From Schmidtea polychroa (taxonomy: Eukaryota), in the NCBI GenBank assembly GCA_044892525.1, contig CM097885.1:248682001-248746000 (forward strand): 64,000 nt of DNA, written 5' to 3'. This document shows positions 22,169-31,649 of this stretch, one piece after another. The translations under genes and the position numbers were made by a program. The notes beneath the pieces were generated by a model. It was given only the letters and a program-made list of their open reading frames with translations. It was not told where the DNA came from and made no database searches. Position 1 is the stretch's first letter. Each line of letters starts with the position of its first letter.

Positions 22169-22933
22169 ATGGAGCTTCACAACCCTCCGGAAGATAATTT
22201 AAAAAAAATGGTAAACATAATGTCAGATAAATATTCAAGAACTTTATCTATAAATTCAAAAGAATCAGAGTTTACTATAAACTTTCAAGATTCAATTAAA
22301 TTAGATCAAAATTTAAATTATGAATTGGGGCTATTATGGTTTTGTGCTTATAATACTATTTTTAATATAACTAAAGATAATAATAAATTTACTATTCAAA
22401 CTCGTGATGGGCATAAACCAGAAATTATAACAATAGAACCTGGGGCATATGAGATAAAAGATTTAAATGATATACTTTCTATAAAAACAAATGAAGGTAT
22501 TAAAATTAAAATGGATATACCAACTTCAAAATGTGTAATGACTTTGAAGAATATAAAAATTAGTTTTTTAGATAATTGTTTCTTTCACACAGTTTTAGGA
22601 TTTAAACCTATGGATATAACAATAAAAGAAGATAAAATAATAACATCAGAACATATTATAAAAATAATAAATACAAACACAATAAATATTCATTGCGATT
22701 GTATAACAGGTTCTTATAATAATGGTAAACAAACAAATGTTTTATATTCCTTTCCCTCAAACACAGTTCCTATGGGATATAAAATAGTTGAAAGAATGAA
22801 TCCTCCAAATTATTTACCTTTATGTAGAAAATATATAATGGATATTAATTTTAAAATTCTTAATCAAGAAGGAGAATTGATTGATTTTAATGGAGAAGAG
22901 ATTTCAATGTATTTACATTTGAAACAGGTTTAG
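22169..22933 (+). CDS. Minor capsid (penton-like, single jelly-roll) protein (254 aa)
   Basis: Polinton mCP-like motifs YNTIFNI, IEPGAYEI, INIHCDCITGSY, VLYSF and NQEGELIDFNGE. Confidence 0.88.
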   Translation: MELHNPPEDNLKKMVNIMSDKYSRTLSINSKESEFTINFQDSIKLDQNLNYELGLLWFCAYNTIFNITKDNNKFTIQTRDGHKPEIITIEPGAYEIKDLNDILSIKTNEGIKIKMDIPTSKCVMTLKNIKISFLDNCFFHTVLGFKPMDITIKEDKIITSEHIIKIINTNTINIHCDCITGSYNNGKQTNVLYSFPSNTVPMGYKIVERMNPPNYLPLCRKYIMDINFKILNQEGELIDFNGEEISMYLHLKQV

Positions 22934-22973
22934 TTCCTCTCAGGGGACTCCGTCCATTTTAAATTATTAATAA

Positions 22974-23984
22974 ATGAGTTCTTATATTCCATGTAATAGA
23001 GGTGGTGGAACAATAAAAACAGGGTTTAATACAGAAGAAATATTAACTTTAACAGAAAATAAATATATTAATGAAAGAGGTGATTCAATGAAGGGTGATT
23101 TAATTTTAAATGGACACAAGATAAAAGAATTATCTTTTCCAACTGATGAAGCTGATGCAGTTAATAAGAAATATGTAGATGGTGTTAAAAAATATACTGA
23201 TTTAACAACAACAAGAATTGAAAGTTCATTAACAACAAAAATTGATTCAATGGAATCAAAGCTTAATAATATCGAACAACGATTTAATGATAAATTTGAC
23301 AAGTTACAAAGTCTGTTAACTGAACAAGTTGTAAAGTTAAATACTGCTATATTAAATTCTAAAGATAAACAAATTATGAATACTAAATTTAATGCAATAT
23401 ATAATATAATAAATGAGATGATTACATCATTTAATAAAAGAATTTCAAATTTAGAGTCTCATGGAACACACATTAACACCACACATAGTATTAGAAAAAG
23501 AGCTGCTGAATTAGAACAGAATAAAACATTATTACCCCATACATATAAACATTTTATAGAACCAAGTTTAATAACAACAAAAAGTAAAGAATGGGGTGTT
23601 TTTATGGTTGTAAAAATTATTGATCCTTATTTCTTTTTGTTTGATGATGATAATGAAAGAATGAAATGGTTTGTGAAATGTGATTATAATAGTAAGCTTG
23701 AAAAGGGTGATGTTATAATGACTAGTTATGATTTACCACACGGAGATTGGTATGTTAATACTCATTCACATGGACTACATAAAGTTAAAAGTAAGAATAT
23801 TCATTTTTCTAGTTCACTTGTACAATATATAGATTTAATATTTTATGAAAAAAAGGTTGATGTTGATGAAGTTCGTAAAGCATTGAGAGAATTGTATAAA
23901 GATATCCTCTCAACAAGAGTTTCTTTTGATATCCGAGTATTGGTGCCAGATGGTGCTCAGAAGAATAAAGTCTTATTTTTTTAA
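22974..23984 (+). CDS. Putative fibre/spike-like protein (336 aa)
   Basis: GDSMKGDLILNGHKIKELSFPTDEADAVNKKYVD tail-fibre-type motif, then a long heptad coiled coil and a globular C-terminus. It follows the penton gene. Confidence 0.55.
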   Translation: MSSYIPCNRGGGTIKTGFNTEEILTLTENKYINERGDSMKGDLILNGHKIKELSFPTDEADAVNKKYVDGVKKYTDLTTTRIESSLTTKIDSMESKLNNIEQRFNDKFDKLQSLLTEQVVKLNTAILNSKDKQIMNTKFNAIYNIINEMITSFNKRISNLESHGTHINTTHSIRKRAAELEQNKTLLPHTYKHFIEPSLITTKSKEWGVFMVVKIIDPYFFLFDDDNERMKWFVKCDYNSKLEKGDVIMTSYDLPHGDWYVNTHSHGLHKVKSKNIHFSSSLVQYIDLIFYEKKVDVDEVRKALRELYKDILSTRVSFDIRVLVPDGAQKNKVLFF

Positions 23985-23992
23985 TTATTAAA

Positions 23993-24604
23993 ATGGAAGA
24001 AGTAAGAGAAGAAAAAATTTACCCAGAATTGAGATCATCAGGATATTATTCCGAAGGTCACAAAGGTTCCAAGGCCTCGGCTCCCACAGAACTTGAAATT
24101 ATGAGAGTAAAAGAATTTAAATCAGAAACCTTACATTTACAAGATTTATTAAAGCATTATAAAAAAATTAAAAATAGATGGAATAAAGGGAATACAGTTT
24201 TAAAAGTTATAGGTTATTCTTTAGGATTTGCATCTGCAATATTAACAGTTATTTTACCCATAACTTTACCAGTTTTAACACTTGCACCTGTAATACTTGG
24301 AAGTATTTCTGTGGCTGATGGTTTCTTAACTGAAATAGTTTCATTATCTTATACTTCTAAAAAGAAAAGTTTATATAGAGAAGTTTGTTTATCAATAGAA
24401 TTAGGAATCTCTAAATTATTTTTATTTCAATTAAAAGCTTTGGAAGATGGAATCCTGACAGACGAAGAAATAATGAAATCAAATCAAATAATACAAGATA
24501 TAAAGAATGAGGTTATAAGATTAAAAAGGGAGGGCATGGTGGCTAATGTTATAAGTAATAAAAAAACATCTCGAGAAAAATGGTTAAAGAATTCTTACTT
24601 ATAA
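23993..24604 (+). CDS. Polinton accessory membrane protein (203 aa, hydrophobic hairpin)
   Basis: IYPEL...SAP N-terminus, hydrophobic stretch VIGYSLGFASAILTVILPITLPVLTLAPVILG and C-terminal KALEDGILTDEE motif, resembling a family seen in Mavericks and some large DNA viruses. Confidence 0.65.
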   Translation: MEEVREEKIYPELRSSGYYSEGHKGSKASAPTELEIMRVKEFKSETLHLQDLLKHYKKIKNRWNKGNTVLKVIGYSLGFASAILTVILPITLPVLTLAPVILGSISVADGFLTEIVSLSYTSKKKSLYREVCLSIELGISKLFLFQLKALEDGILTDEEIMKSNQIIQDIKNEVIRLKREGMVANVISNKKTSREKWLKNSYL

Positions 24605-24698
24605 AATGGGTGTATTTTTAAAAAAGTAGATCAGGTTGCTATAGTTGCTTAAATTAATTGTCGACATTTTATTATTAAAAAATTAAATATCGTTGGTT

Positions 24699-25244
24699 TC
24701 AGTTATGGTTGAAAGCCAACCTATGAATCATTAATTTATGATCTTTAAATTCTTTATCACTTAGACCTTTTATATATTCAGGATCAGTATTAAAATATTT
24801 AAGTTCTAAACATATAGGATTAAAAACTTGAGAATATAAAGGTTTCTCGATTTCTCTCTCGGGATAAATAATTTCAACATTATAAATATCAAGATCAGTA
24901 ATCTTTGTATCATATAACTTATTCAACTTTTCTAGATTTTTTATTATAGGGATTAAATTATTTCCAATAGGTAGAGTTGTCTTTAATATGAATCTCTTAT
25001 CATCATAATTTGATAATGATACTTTTTGAGATTCTATCAAGTGAATATCATGGTTTTCACTTTTAAGTTGATGTATTTCATCAATTTTATCTTTATGATT
25101 TGGATTCAATGTATCTATATAATCTTGATGAGAAAGATTCTTTGCAACCACTCTCTGTATTCCTTTACATCTGTTATCCTTTAAATTAGTAATATTTTTT
25201 ATAATTTCAAAAATGTTATTTTCTTGATTTTTAGTTTCCATCAT
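24699..25244 (-). CDS. Stand-alone paralogue of the pPolB C-terminal region (thumb plus extension), 181 aa
   Basis: Aligns by eye at roughly 60% identity over about 150 aa with the last about 165 aa of the adjacent PolB (KGIQ, NYDDKRFIL, KTTLPIGN, ELKYFNTDPEYI). It has its own ATG in TATAAAATG context and an open frame. Confidence 0.85.
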   Translation of the reverse strand: MMETKNQENNIFEIIKNITNLKDNRCKGIQRVVAKNLSHQDYIDTLNPNHKDKIDEIHQLKSENHDIHLIESQKVSLSNYDDKRFILKTTLPIGNNLIPIIKNLEKLNKLYDTKITDLDIYNVEIIYPEREIEKPLYSQVFNPICLELKYFNTDPEYIKGLSDKEFKDHKLMIHRLAFNHN

Positions 25245-25268
25245 TTTATAGTGTTAAAATTCTAATTC

Positions 25269-28200
25269 TTAGACCAGTCGTAATTGATTTATAATTATTT
25301 CTGCAGTAATGCTTTTTAACATTAATTTATGTGATTTAAAGTCTTCTGGTGTTAGTCCTTGGATATATTCAGGATCAGTATTAAAATATTTAAGTTCTAT
25401 AGGTTTTATATTTTGAACTTGATTATATAAAGGTTTAGGAATTAATATTTCAGGATATTGGATTTCTACTTTAGCAAGTTGAAGGTCTGTAATCTCTAGG
25501 TTATAAATTTCATTTATTTTATCAAGATTTTTTATTATAGGGATTAAATCATTTCCAATAGGTAATGTTGTCTTCAAGTCAGAAAGTATAAATCTTTTAT
25601 CATCATAATTTGTTATAGCAATCTTGTTACACTCTTCAAGATATATATTATGTTTCTCTGATTTAAGATGATGGGTTTTAGCAATTTTATTTTTATAATT
25701 TATATTTAATGAATCTTTATACTCTTGATGTGTGAAGGTTTTTGACACTGATTTTTGAATTCCTTTACTTTTATTTTCTTTATAGCTTTTCGGGTTTTCA
25801 GGGAATGAAGGATATTCAAATGTGTGATCTATTTCAACAGATCCTTCTCCCTCCCCTATTATAAATTTTATTGTATGCTCTTTCATAATTGGTTTGTCTT
25901 TCATTTCAAGAGAATATTGTTTAGGTCTAATAAACACTCCTCCACTTATTGGAGTATTTGGTTTTTCATCTTTAAAAGTAAATAATTCTCCAGAGTTGTT
26001 TATTAATTTATTTAAGGTTTCGTTTTCACTTATTTCCTTTTTTAAATCTTTACTATGACCTTTTAAAAACATACTATCAGTGTCCATAGCATGCATGGAT
26101 ATTCGATCTCCAAAATGTGGTACTAGAACATCATAGTAGGCTTCATACATTTGAAGCTTTGAAAGTTCTAAAATTGAAAACCCTATAAAGATTGGTTTAT
26201 TATAAGTTTTTACAGAGTTTTTAATCTCTATGGCTATAAGGTTACTAGAGAATATCTCGGCATTTTTAAATGTGGGCTTTCCAATTATCCGGTTGTACCT
26301 ATTAAGGTCTTTGGATGTATTGGTCAAAAGCTCTACACGTGTGTACTTGTCTATATTCTCCATGGTCTTTCCAAAGACCGCATTGTTCAGGAGTTTGTAA
26401 ATCATATCAAGAAATGCATTTCCAGCTCTCTTTGCTGCATTTCTTTTCAAAATATTTCCCTCTATGAATTTTTTCATAAAAGGGGCTTGTCGAAATTTAA
26501 TAATGGAATGTACTTTTTTTAAAACCATTCCATGGGAGAGATAAAACTGAAGGAGTCTATAATGACAAAGGTAATCAGTTTTATCGGTCTGATCGCATAA
26601 AAGTTTTATACAGGGCGATCTATCCTGAGCCATCTGCCAGTCTGAAAGTTCTTCAGTCGAGATCTTTCTTCTTACTGGAGCAAATGGAAAGAATCTTGTC
26701 CTGGATTTTATTTCATTGGGATATTCAAGATCGCATTCTATGACATATCCAAATTGAGAATCTTTTGGTGTTTTTAGAATTTCTTGTATTAATTCCTCAG
26801 TGGGCTCTTCCCAGGTGAACTTGCCAATTGGAAGGTATTGAGTCATTACTCCCGCATATAAAGCTGTTGCATCTATATACATTATTTCAGAAGGATTAGA
26901 AAGACCTTCCATTATTTCCTTACGATCTTCTGGGTTTGTTATTTCTACATATAGAGCATCAGGATCTTTGAAAAATTTAGGATAAAGAGTTGTAAAATTA
27001 TTAGCATTTATTTCTCTATTCCCTTGTACTGAAGAAATACCTCCTCTAATATTATATTTATATACATTAAACATATCAAGCTCAACTAATAATTCAATAG
27101 TTTTATTTCTTACTGCTACATCTTCATCAGTCCATATGGTATATAATAATATATCCCAAGCTAGAGAGGGAGCGGTTATATAATTATAAGGTTTTAATTC
27201 AAAAGCTTTTGAAAATGTCTCGAAGCAATCAGCTAAGATATAAACATCCAAGGAAAGATACATGTCAGTATATTCTCCAAGGTTTCTACAGTTGAATAGA
27301 TTCCACATTTTAACTGCACGGGAATATTCCTGATCAGAAATCCCTGATTGTGTTAAAACAGAAAAGAAATCTTCTTGGGGTGGGAGTAATTCATTATATT
27401 TTTCAAAGGAGTCTATATAATCATATGGATAGATTCCTTTTGCTAGACAGGTATTATATTCCTCTAATGGAATATTGTTTTTTAATAACACATGTTCTTT
27501 TGTATATTTAAAATCCTCAGGGTTCATAGTTTTAGCAATCCCATCCAAAGACATCCCTAAGAAATTTAACGAGTCCAAAAACTTAAAGCATCCATATTGA
27601 ATGCTTTTATATTTTTCTTTTGTAAGTCCAATAACCTTGAAAGAGTTTTTAGCATTTGCGGCCAGATGCTTAATGAATAGGTGAATATCATAGCCAAAAA
27701 GATTGTGAAATATAAATGGTATGTGTGTTGGTTTTTTACAATTGAGATTACATTTTTTATGGGCTGCTCCTCTGTAATTATTTTCTCTTTTAAAATGATC
27801 ATGGTCTGCAACCTTTGGCTCCTCATCCTCCTCCTGAATATCAAACTCTTGTTTACACATCCAGCAGTGTGTTGCATTTTTATATTCTTCCTCTTGTTCT
27901 TCTGAAAAATTCATAGGAAAGTTGGATTTTAATATTATATATAATTCATGTTCTAGATTATTTAAAGTTTTAACAAAATGATCTAGAGTCTCTTTGTCAG
28001 AAGTTCCTCTAAATGAATATTCTCTAGATTCTACAAGTTCTGGATAATTACTTTTAAAAAACATTTTATAAGCAGAGGGTAATTGTTTTGTTAGTTTTAC
28101 AGTATTAGTTTTTGTTCGTCTTAGTTTTACATTTATAGCTTCAAAATCACAATAAACCACTCCCAATGCTTCTAATAGATTGGAATAGTTTTTAAACCTC

Positions 28201-29660
28201 ATATTAGCATTTTTCTTGTGTGGCATTTTTATTAAAGCAGGTTGATTCTTACAACAGAGTCTCTCATGTTTAATAGCAGCAAGTTTTGAACTTGAATGAT
28301 ATAAACATCTTTTACAACATATGCCTCCACGAATGAGTGTGTTTCCTTTCATAAAACTTTGAAAATTCTTTATTAAGATATAATGAAGTTTTTTATCTAA
28401 CATAGTGCCTCCGGACGCAGTGCTTTTTGCTTCTGGTTCTAATGAAATGTCTTCTTCTGCTTCTCTCCTCGGGTGAACGCTTTGAACCTCTTCACCATAT
28501 TCTTCTCCATCAAAGTCTTCATCTGGTTTACCTTCTTCTAATATTAAAAGATCTACTTCTCTCTTTTCATCTGAGATTTCCATGTTAGAAATGTAAATAG
28601 GAATAATGTGTTTATAATTTTTATTTTTTCTAGTTTTTGTAATTTTGGTTGGAATGAATTGATAAATATTAATTTTAAGATTATTTAATTTTTCAAATGC
28701 TGGAACATCTTCAATTTTCATTGGGTGGGAAAAATCTTTTGGATAAATTAATTCAGATTCATATTCTTCATATTTTTGAACTCTCTGTGGGTTAGTTGCT
28801 TGAGGATGTAAGTGTGCAAGTATTGACCATTGAAAACATTTATTATCTTTATTCTGTACATTTATAACATGGTTGGAGGTGAATGGTGTGTGAATAAAAG
28901 ATTTAGGATTTGGTGGTGCGCCTCTCCAGTATTCAATCTCTATATTTTGAAAAGAGTGGAATCTTAAATTAGATTCTCCTAGTTCTTGTTCCACCTGTTC
29001 TTGTTTTTCTTCCAATTCTTTAGCTATATCATTAACAAGTTTATTTCCTGCTTTTGTAGAAAATAAATATTTATATGAGGTTTCAATTTTTACATCTAGA
29101 GGCATTGCGATCGAATCATCTCCTCTCCAGTATTTTGCATTTCCTGTAAATTTAACTTTTATAACATTAAATCTTGATCTACCAAATTTTTTTATAGCAT
29201 CATCCATTGATGATATTATTTTTTTTTTATTTTCTCTTATATATTGCATGATTGATCTGGGTCCTCGTTTTACTTCTGCAATTACATCGGTGTGATTGAA
29301 GTCATCCCAATTAAACTCTAGTTTTTCAGCTTTTTCAGTCATTGAGTTTGAATCAGAATCTTTTGCTTCAAGACCACAATCTTCTATGTGTCTTAAGTAA
29401 AAAGATTTTATCCTCATCGTTTTTCCACATGCTGAACATTCGAATATTTCTCTGTTTTTAGGAACTCCAATACAATTTTTAAAATGCTTCTTATAACCTG
29501 AAAATAAATATCTATCCTTACATTTAGTACAGATTTTGGAATTAGTGTCATCTAGTGTGTTAGCTTTTATTAAATGGTCTTTTGATTTTTTATGAGATGT
29601 TAAAGCAGTTTTATTTTTAAAATTTTTTTCACAAATTTCACAATTGAAAATAGCTTCCAT
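25269..29660 (-). CDS. Protein-primed family B DNA polymerase (1463 aa)
   Basis: Exo I YCDFE, Exo II FHNLFGYD, Exo III YLSLDV. Pol A YIDATALY, Pol B KLLNNAVFGKTMEN, Pol C DTDS, RPKQYS. Endonuclease VII-like insert (CWMC...DHDH...AHKKCN). N-terminal zinc fingers. Confidence 0.97.
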   Translation of the reverse strand: MEAIFNCEICEKNFKNKTALTSHKKSKDHLIKANTLDDTNSKICTKCKDRYLFSGYKKHFKNCIGVPKNREIFECSACGKTMRIKSFYLRHIEDCGLEAKDSDSNSMTEKAEKLEFNWDDFNHTDVIAEVKRGPRSIMQYIRENKKKIISSMDDAIKKFGRSRFNVIKVKFTGNAKYWRGDDSIAMPLDVKIETSYKYLFSTKAGNKLVNDIAKELEEKQEQVEQELGESNLRFHSFQNIEIEYWRGAPPNPKSFIHTPFTSNHVINVQNKDNKCFQWSILAHLHPQATNPQRVQKYEEYESELIYPKDFSHPMKIEDVPAFEKLNNLKINIYQFIPTKITKTRKNKNYKHIIPIYISNMEISDEKREVDLLILEEGKPDEDFDGEEYGEEVQSVHPRREAEEDISLEPEAKSTASGGTMLDKKLHYILIKNFQSFMKGNTLIRGGICCKRCLYHSSSKLAAIKHERLCCKNQPALIKMPHKKNANMRFKNYSNLLEALGVVYCDFEAINVKLRRTKTNTVKLTKQLPSAYKMFFKSNYPELVESREYSFRGTSDKETLDHFVKTLNNLEHELYIILKSNFPMNFSEEQEEEYKNATHCWMCKQEFDIQEEDEEPKVADHDHFKRENNYRGAAHKKCNLNCKKPTHIPFIFHNLFGYDIHLFIKHLAANAKNSFKVIGLTKEKYKSIQYGCFKFLDSLNFLGMSLDGIAKTMNPEDFKYTKEHVLLKNNIPLEEYNTCLAKGIYPYDYIDSFEKYNELLPPQEDFFSVLTQSGISDQEYSRAVKMWNLFNCRNLGEYTDMYLSLDVYILADCFETFSKAFELKPYNYITAPSLAWDILLYTIWTDEDVAVRNKTIELLVELDMFNVYKYNIRGGISSVQGNREINANNFTTLYPKFFKDPDALYVEITNPEDRKEIMEGLSNPSEIMYIDATALYAGVMTQYLPIGKFTWEEPTEELIQEILKTPKDSQFGYVIECDLEYPNEIKSRTRFFPFAPVRRKISTEELSDWQMAQDRSPCIKLLCDQTDKTDYLCHYRLLQFYLSHGMVLKKVHSIIKFRQAPFMKKFIEGNILKRNAAKRAGNAFLDMIYKLLNNAVFGKTMENIDKYTRVELLTNTSKDLNRYNRIIGKPTFKNAEIFSSNLIAIEIKNSVKTYNKPIFIGFSILELSKLQMYEAYYDVLVPHFGDRISMHAMDTDSMFLKGHSKDLKKEISENETLNKLINNSGELFTFKDEKPNTPISGGVFIRPKQYSLEMKDKPIMKEHTIKFIIGEGEGSVEIDHTFEYPSFPENPKSYKENKSKGIQKSVSKTFTHQEYKDSLNINYKNKIAKTHHLKSEKHNIYLEECNKIAITNYDDKRFILSDLKTTLPIGNDLIPIIKNLDKINEIYNLEITDLQLAKVEIQYPEILIPKPLYNQVQNIKPIELKYFNTDPEYIQGLTPEDFKSHKLMLKSITAEIIINQLRLV

Positions 29661-29733
29661 TTTTAAAAGAATCTTTTGGTTGGATACGATGTTTTGGTTT
29701 TGATATTAATTTTTATTTTTTTTAAATCTAAAA

Positions 29734-30066
29734 GTGATCAGGCGACCTAGATCATTATGAATTAGGTAATCTGATATTCTTATAACATTAAATCCTTATA
29801 ACATTAAATCCTTAAGACCAAGTAGTGAGGAATCTATGCATCCCGTTACCTTTTCTCGGAATTACTAATCTATAAATACATCTATTCCGAACTTTTTTAC
29901 TTTTAAGGGAAGAAATTAAGGGTTAATGGCAATAGGGGACAAAGTTTAAAAGTTAAAAAAAGTGAAGAATATGGGGTAAAAAAGCATATAAATGTGGAAA
30001 ATATGGGTCAATAGCGCTGTTTTTTTTGAGGGTTGGGGTGCTGGGGTGCATAGATTCCTCACTACT
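29734..30066 (-). repeat. Right terminal inverted repeat of the Polinton
   Basis: Reverse complement of 15080-15412; ends in ACTACT. Confidence 0.95.
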
Positions 30067-31649
30067 CTTCTTATAAGCAAAGAAAATACCACGGGCAACA
30101 ATAACAAGCAATAAAAACACTTTTATATTTGTATGTTTATATATCTGTGTAACGGCTTTCTTATTGAATCATCTTATAAAAACATTAATTGAGGTTTTTG
30201 ATGATATGTATCTTAAATGCAAATATAAAGATAAAATGTCATTTTTTTCGTGGAACACGTGTTGAGAACCACTGTCTTAAATAATGTTCCAAAATTTTAA
30301 GAAACAAAAGTGAAATTAAACAATGTAAAACGAAAAGGTGGTTCTTAATTAAAAGTGCAAATTAGAAGCGAGAATCAAAAAAATAAATGGACCACTGGTG
30401 AAGTCAAAAATAACATTTCATAGAGTTTTACATCTCGACAGCTCTCAGAGATAGCAGAAAGAATATGAAAGAAATAAAATTAAATAATTATCTATAAGTG
30501 TTATTAGATTTCAGTATAAAAAGTAACACAAGATTTGGATTCAGGGATATAATTTGTAAGATAAATAGAAACACGAAATTATTAGTGAAACAATTTAGAT
30601 CGAAAGCGAAATTTAAGCACTTTATTTAAGTTATTTATCGTGAGTATAAAGTAATTTCAAATTATAACTATGAAAGCCTCTAAGTCGATTCTAAGTCTGT
30701 TGAACCCAGAAATAGTTCTTTTCGGGGTGTTTTCATGAACACTAAAAGTCATTGTTGTAAGTTGGACAAAAAATGGATTTGAATAAAATGATTGAACACA
30801 ACAGTTGTGGGTAAAATATTTATTATTTTTTTAACTAAGTCAGTTTTATTACATTTTAGAGTAAGTCCATAAATTAACATTACGCAGAATAAATATTAAT
30901 TTTAAATAGATAATAAGAGAGTTACACGAGGATTGTAAACTGCAGAAATATTATGTATCTCATTATATGTTACCAGATATCGCTAAATTTATCACGTATC
31001 TTCACTTCTTAAACATTAGCTTGAAATTCCAATAACATTAAATTATTTCTCTGTGTCCAACAGAATATGATTAATAATAAAAATCTCTACCTCATTTTTT
31101 GTCTTGTCGGTTGCAATAAAATTTAATGATAAATGTAAAGGTTCTGGGTTCAAATCCTGTTCCGTGACAAGTTAATGAGACCTATTATGGTTTATGTGGA
31201 GCAAAATAACCGAGTTCTTCTACAAAACTTGAAAATTGTTATAAAAGTTTCCTCATTTTTAGCTTCTTATATATTGTAAGTTCCACGCCATTTACTTTGG
31301 ATTGTACAACACATTTATAAATATTGGCACAATTTCAAAAACTGTGCACACAAAGAATTATTCGTGCACAAGACGAACGAATAACATTCAGTCTTATATT
31401 CATTCTATTATCCTTTCCTCGGTACTCAGCGCTGGCTTTAGACAATTTTGAAATAATGCTGCTCTAGGCGGATAATCTGTTATTACAGGTGTAATAGCAT
31501 AGTTGGCCTTTGAGTTTGACCGGAATATTAAACAATTTTTATTTATATACTGAATCTGAAGAAAAAATTAAATTGTAGATGGCTTTCAATTAGTTAAATT
31601 TAGGGTGTAATAGAGCGTTAAAATTTTAAATCATGATTGGCTTTCAAAG

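Larger units (their letters stand above)
15080..30066. mobile_element. Polinton/Maverick (endogenous polintovirus), apparently complete, about 15.0 kb
   Basis: 333-bp TIRs with about 5 mismatches; the right end is ...CTCACTACT (AGTAGT-type terminus). Uninterrupted ORFs for pPolB, retroviral-type integrase, ATPase, cysteine protease, and major and minor capsid proteins. Confidence 0.97.
14950..30274. mobile_element. hAT MITE split by the Polinton insertion (halves 14950-15079 and 30067-30274)
   Basis: CAGTGGTACTCAA at 14950 and TTGAGAACCACTG ending at 30274, with CG(C/T)GGAACAC subterminal motifs in both halves. The flanking 8-mers ACCTAAAG / TCTTAAAT match at only 5 of 8. Confidence 0.65.

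Noticed and set aside
23490-23510. Furin site in the fibre-like protein (IRKR)
   Set aside because: It lacks the P4 arginine of R-x-K/R-R, and there is no signal peptide.
18830-27905. Short antisense or overlapping ORFs inside the Polinton (18830-19189, 19216-19470, 19303-19506, 20141-20323, 21438-21734, 22982-23302, 27566-27877, 27681-27905)
   Set aside because: Shadows of real genes in AT-rich DNA, with no motifs and no AAAATG start context.
31147-31157. Isolated B boxes (also near 14099-14110) and an isolated A box near 36114 as RNA genes
   Set aside because: Each lacks the partner box at proper spacing and a terminator; most likely SINE debris or chance.
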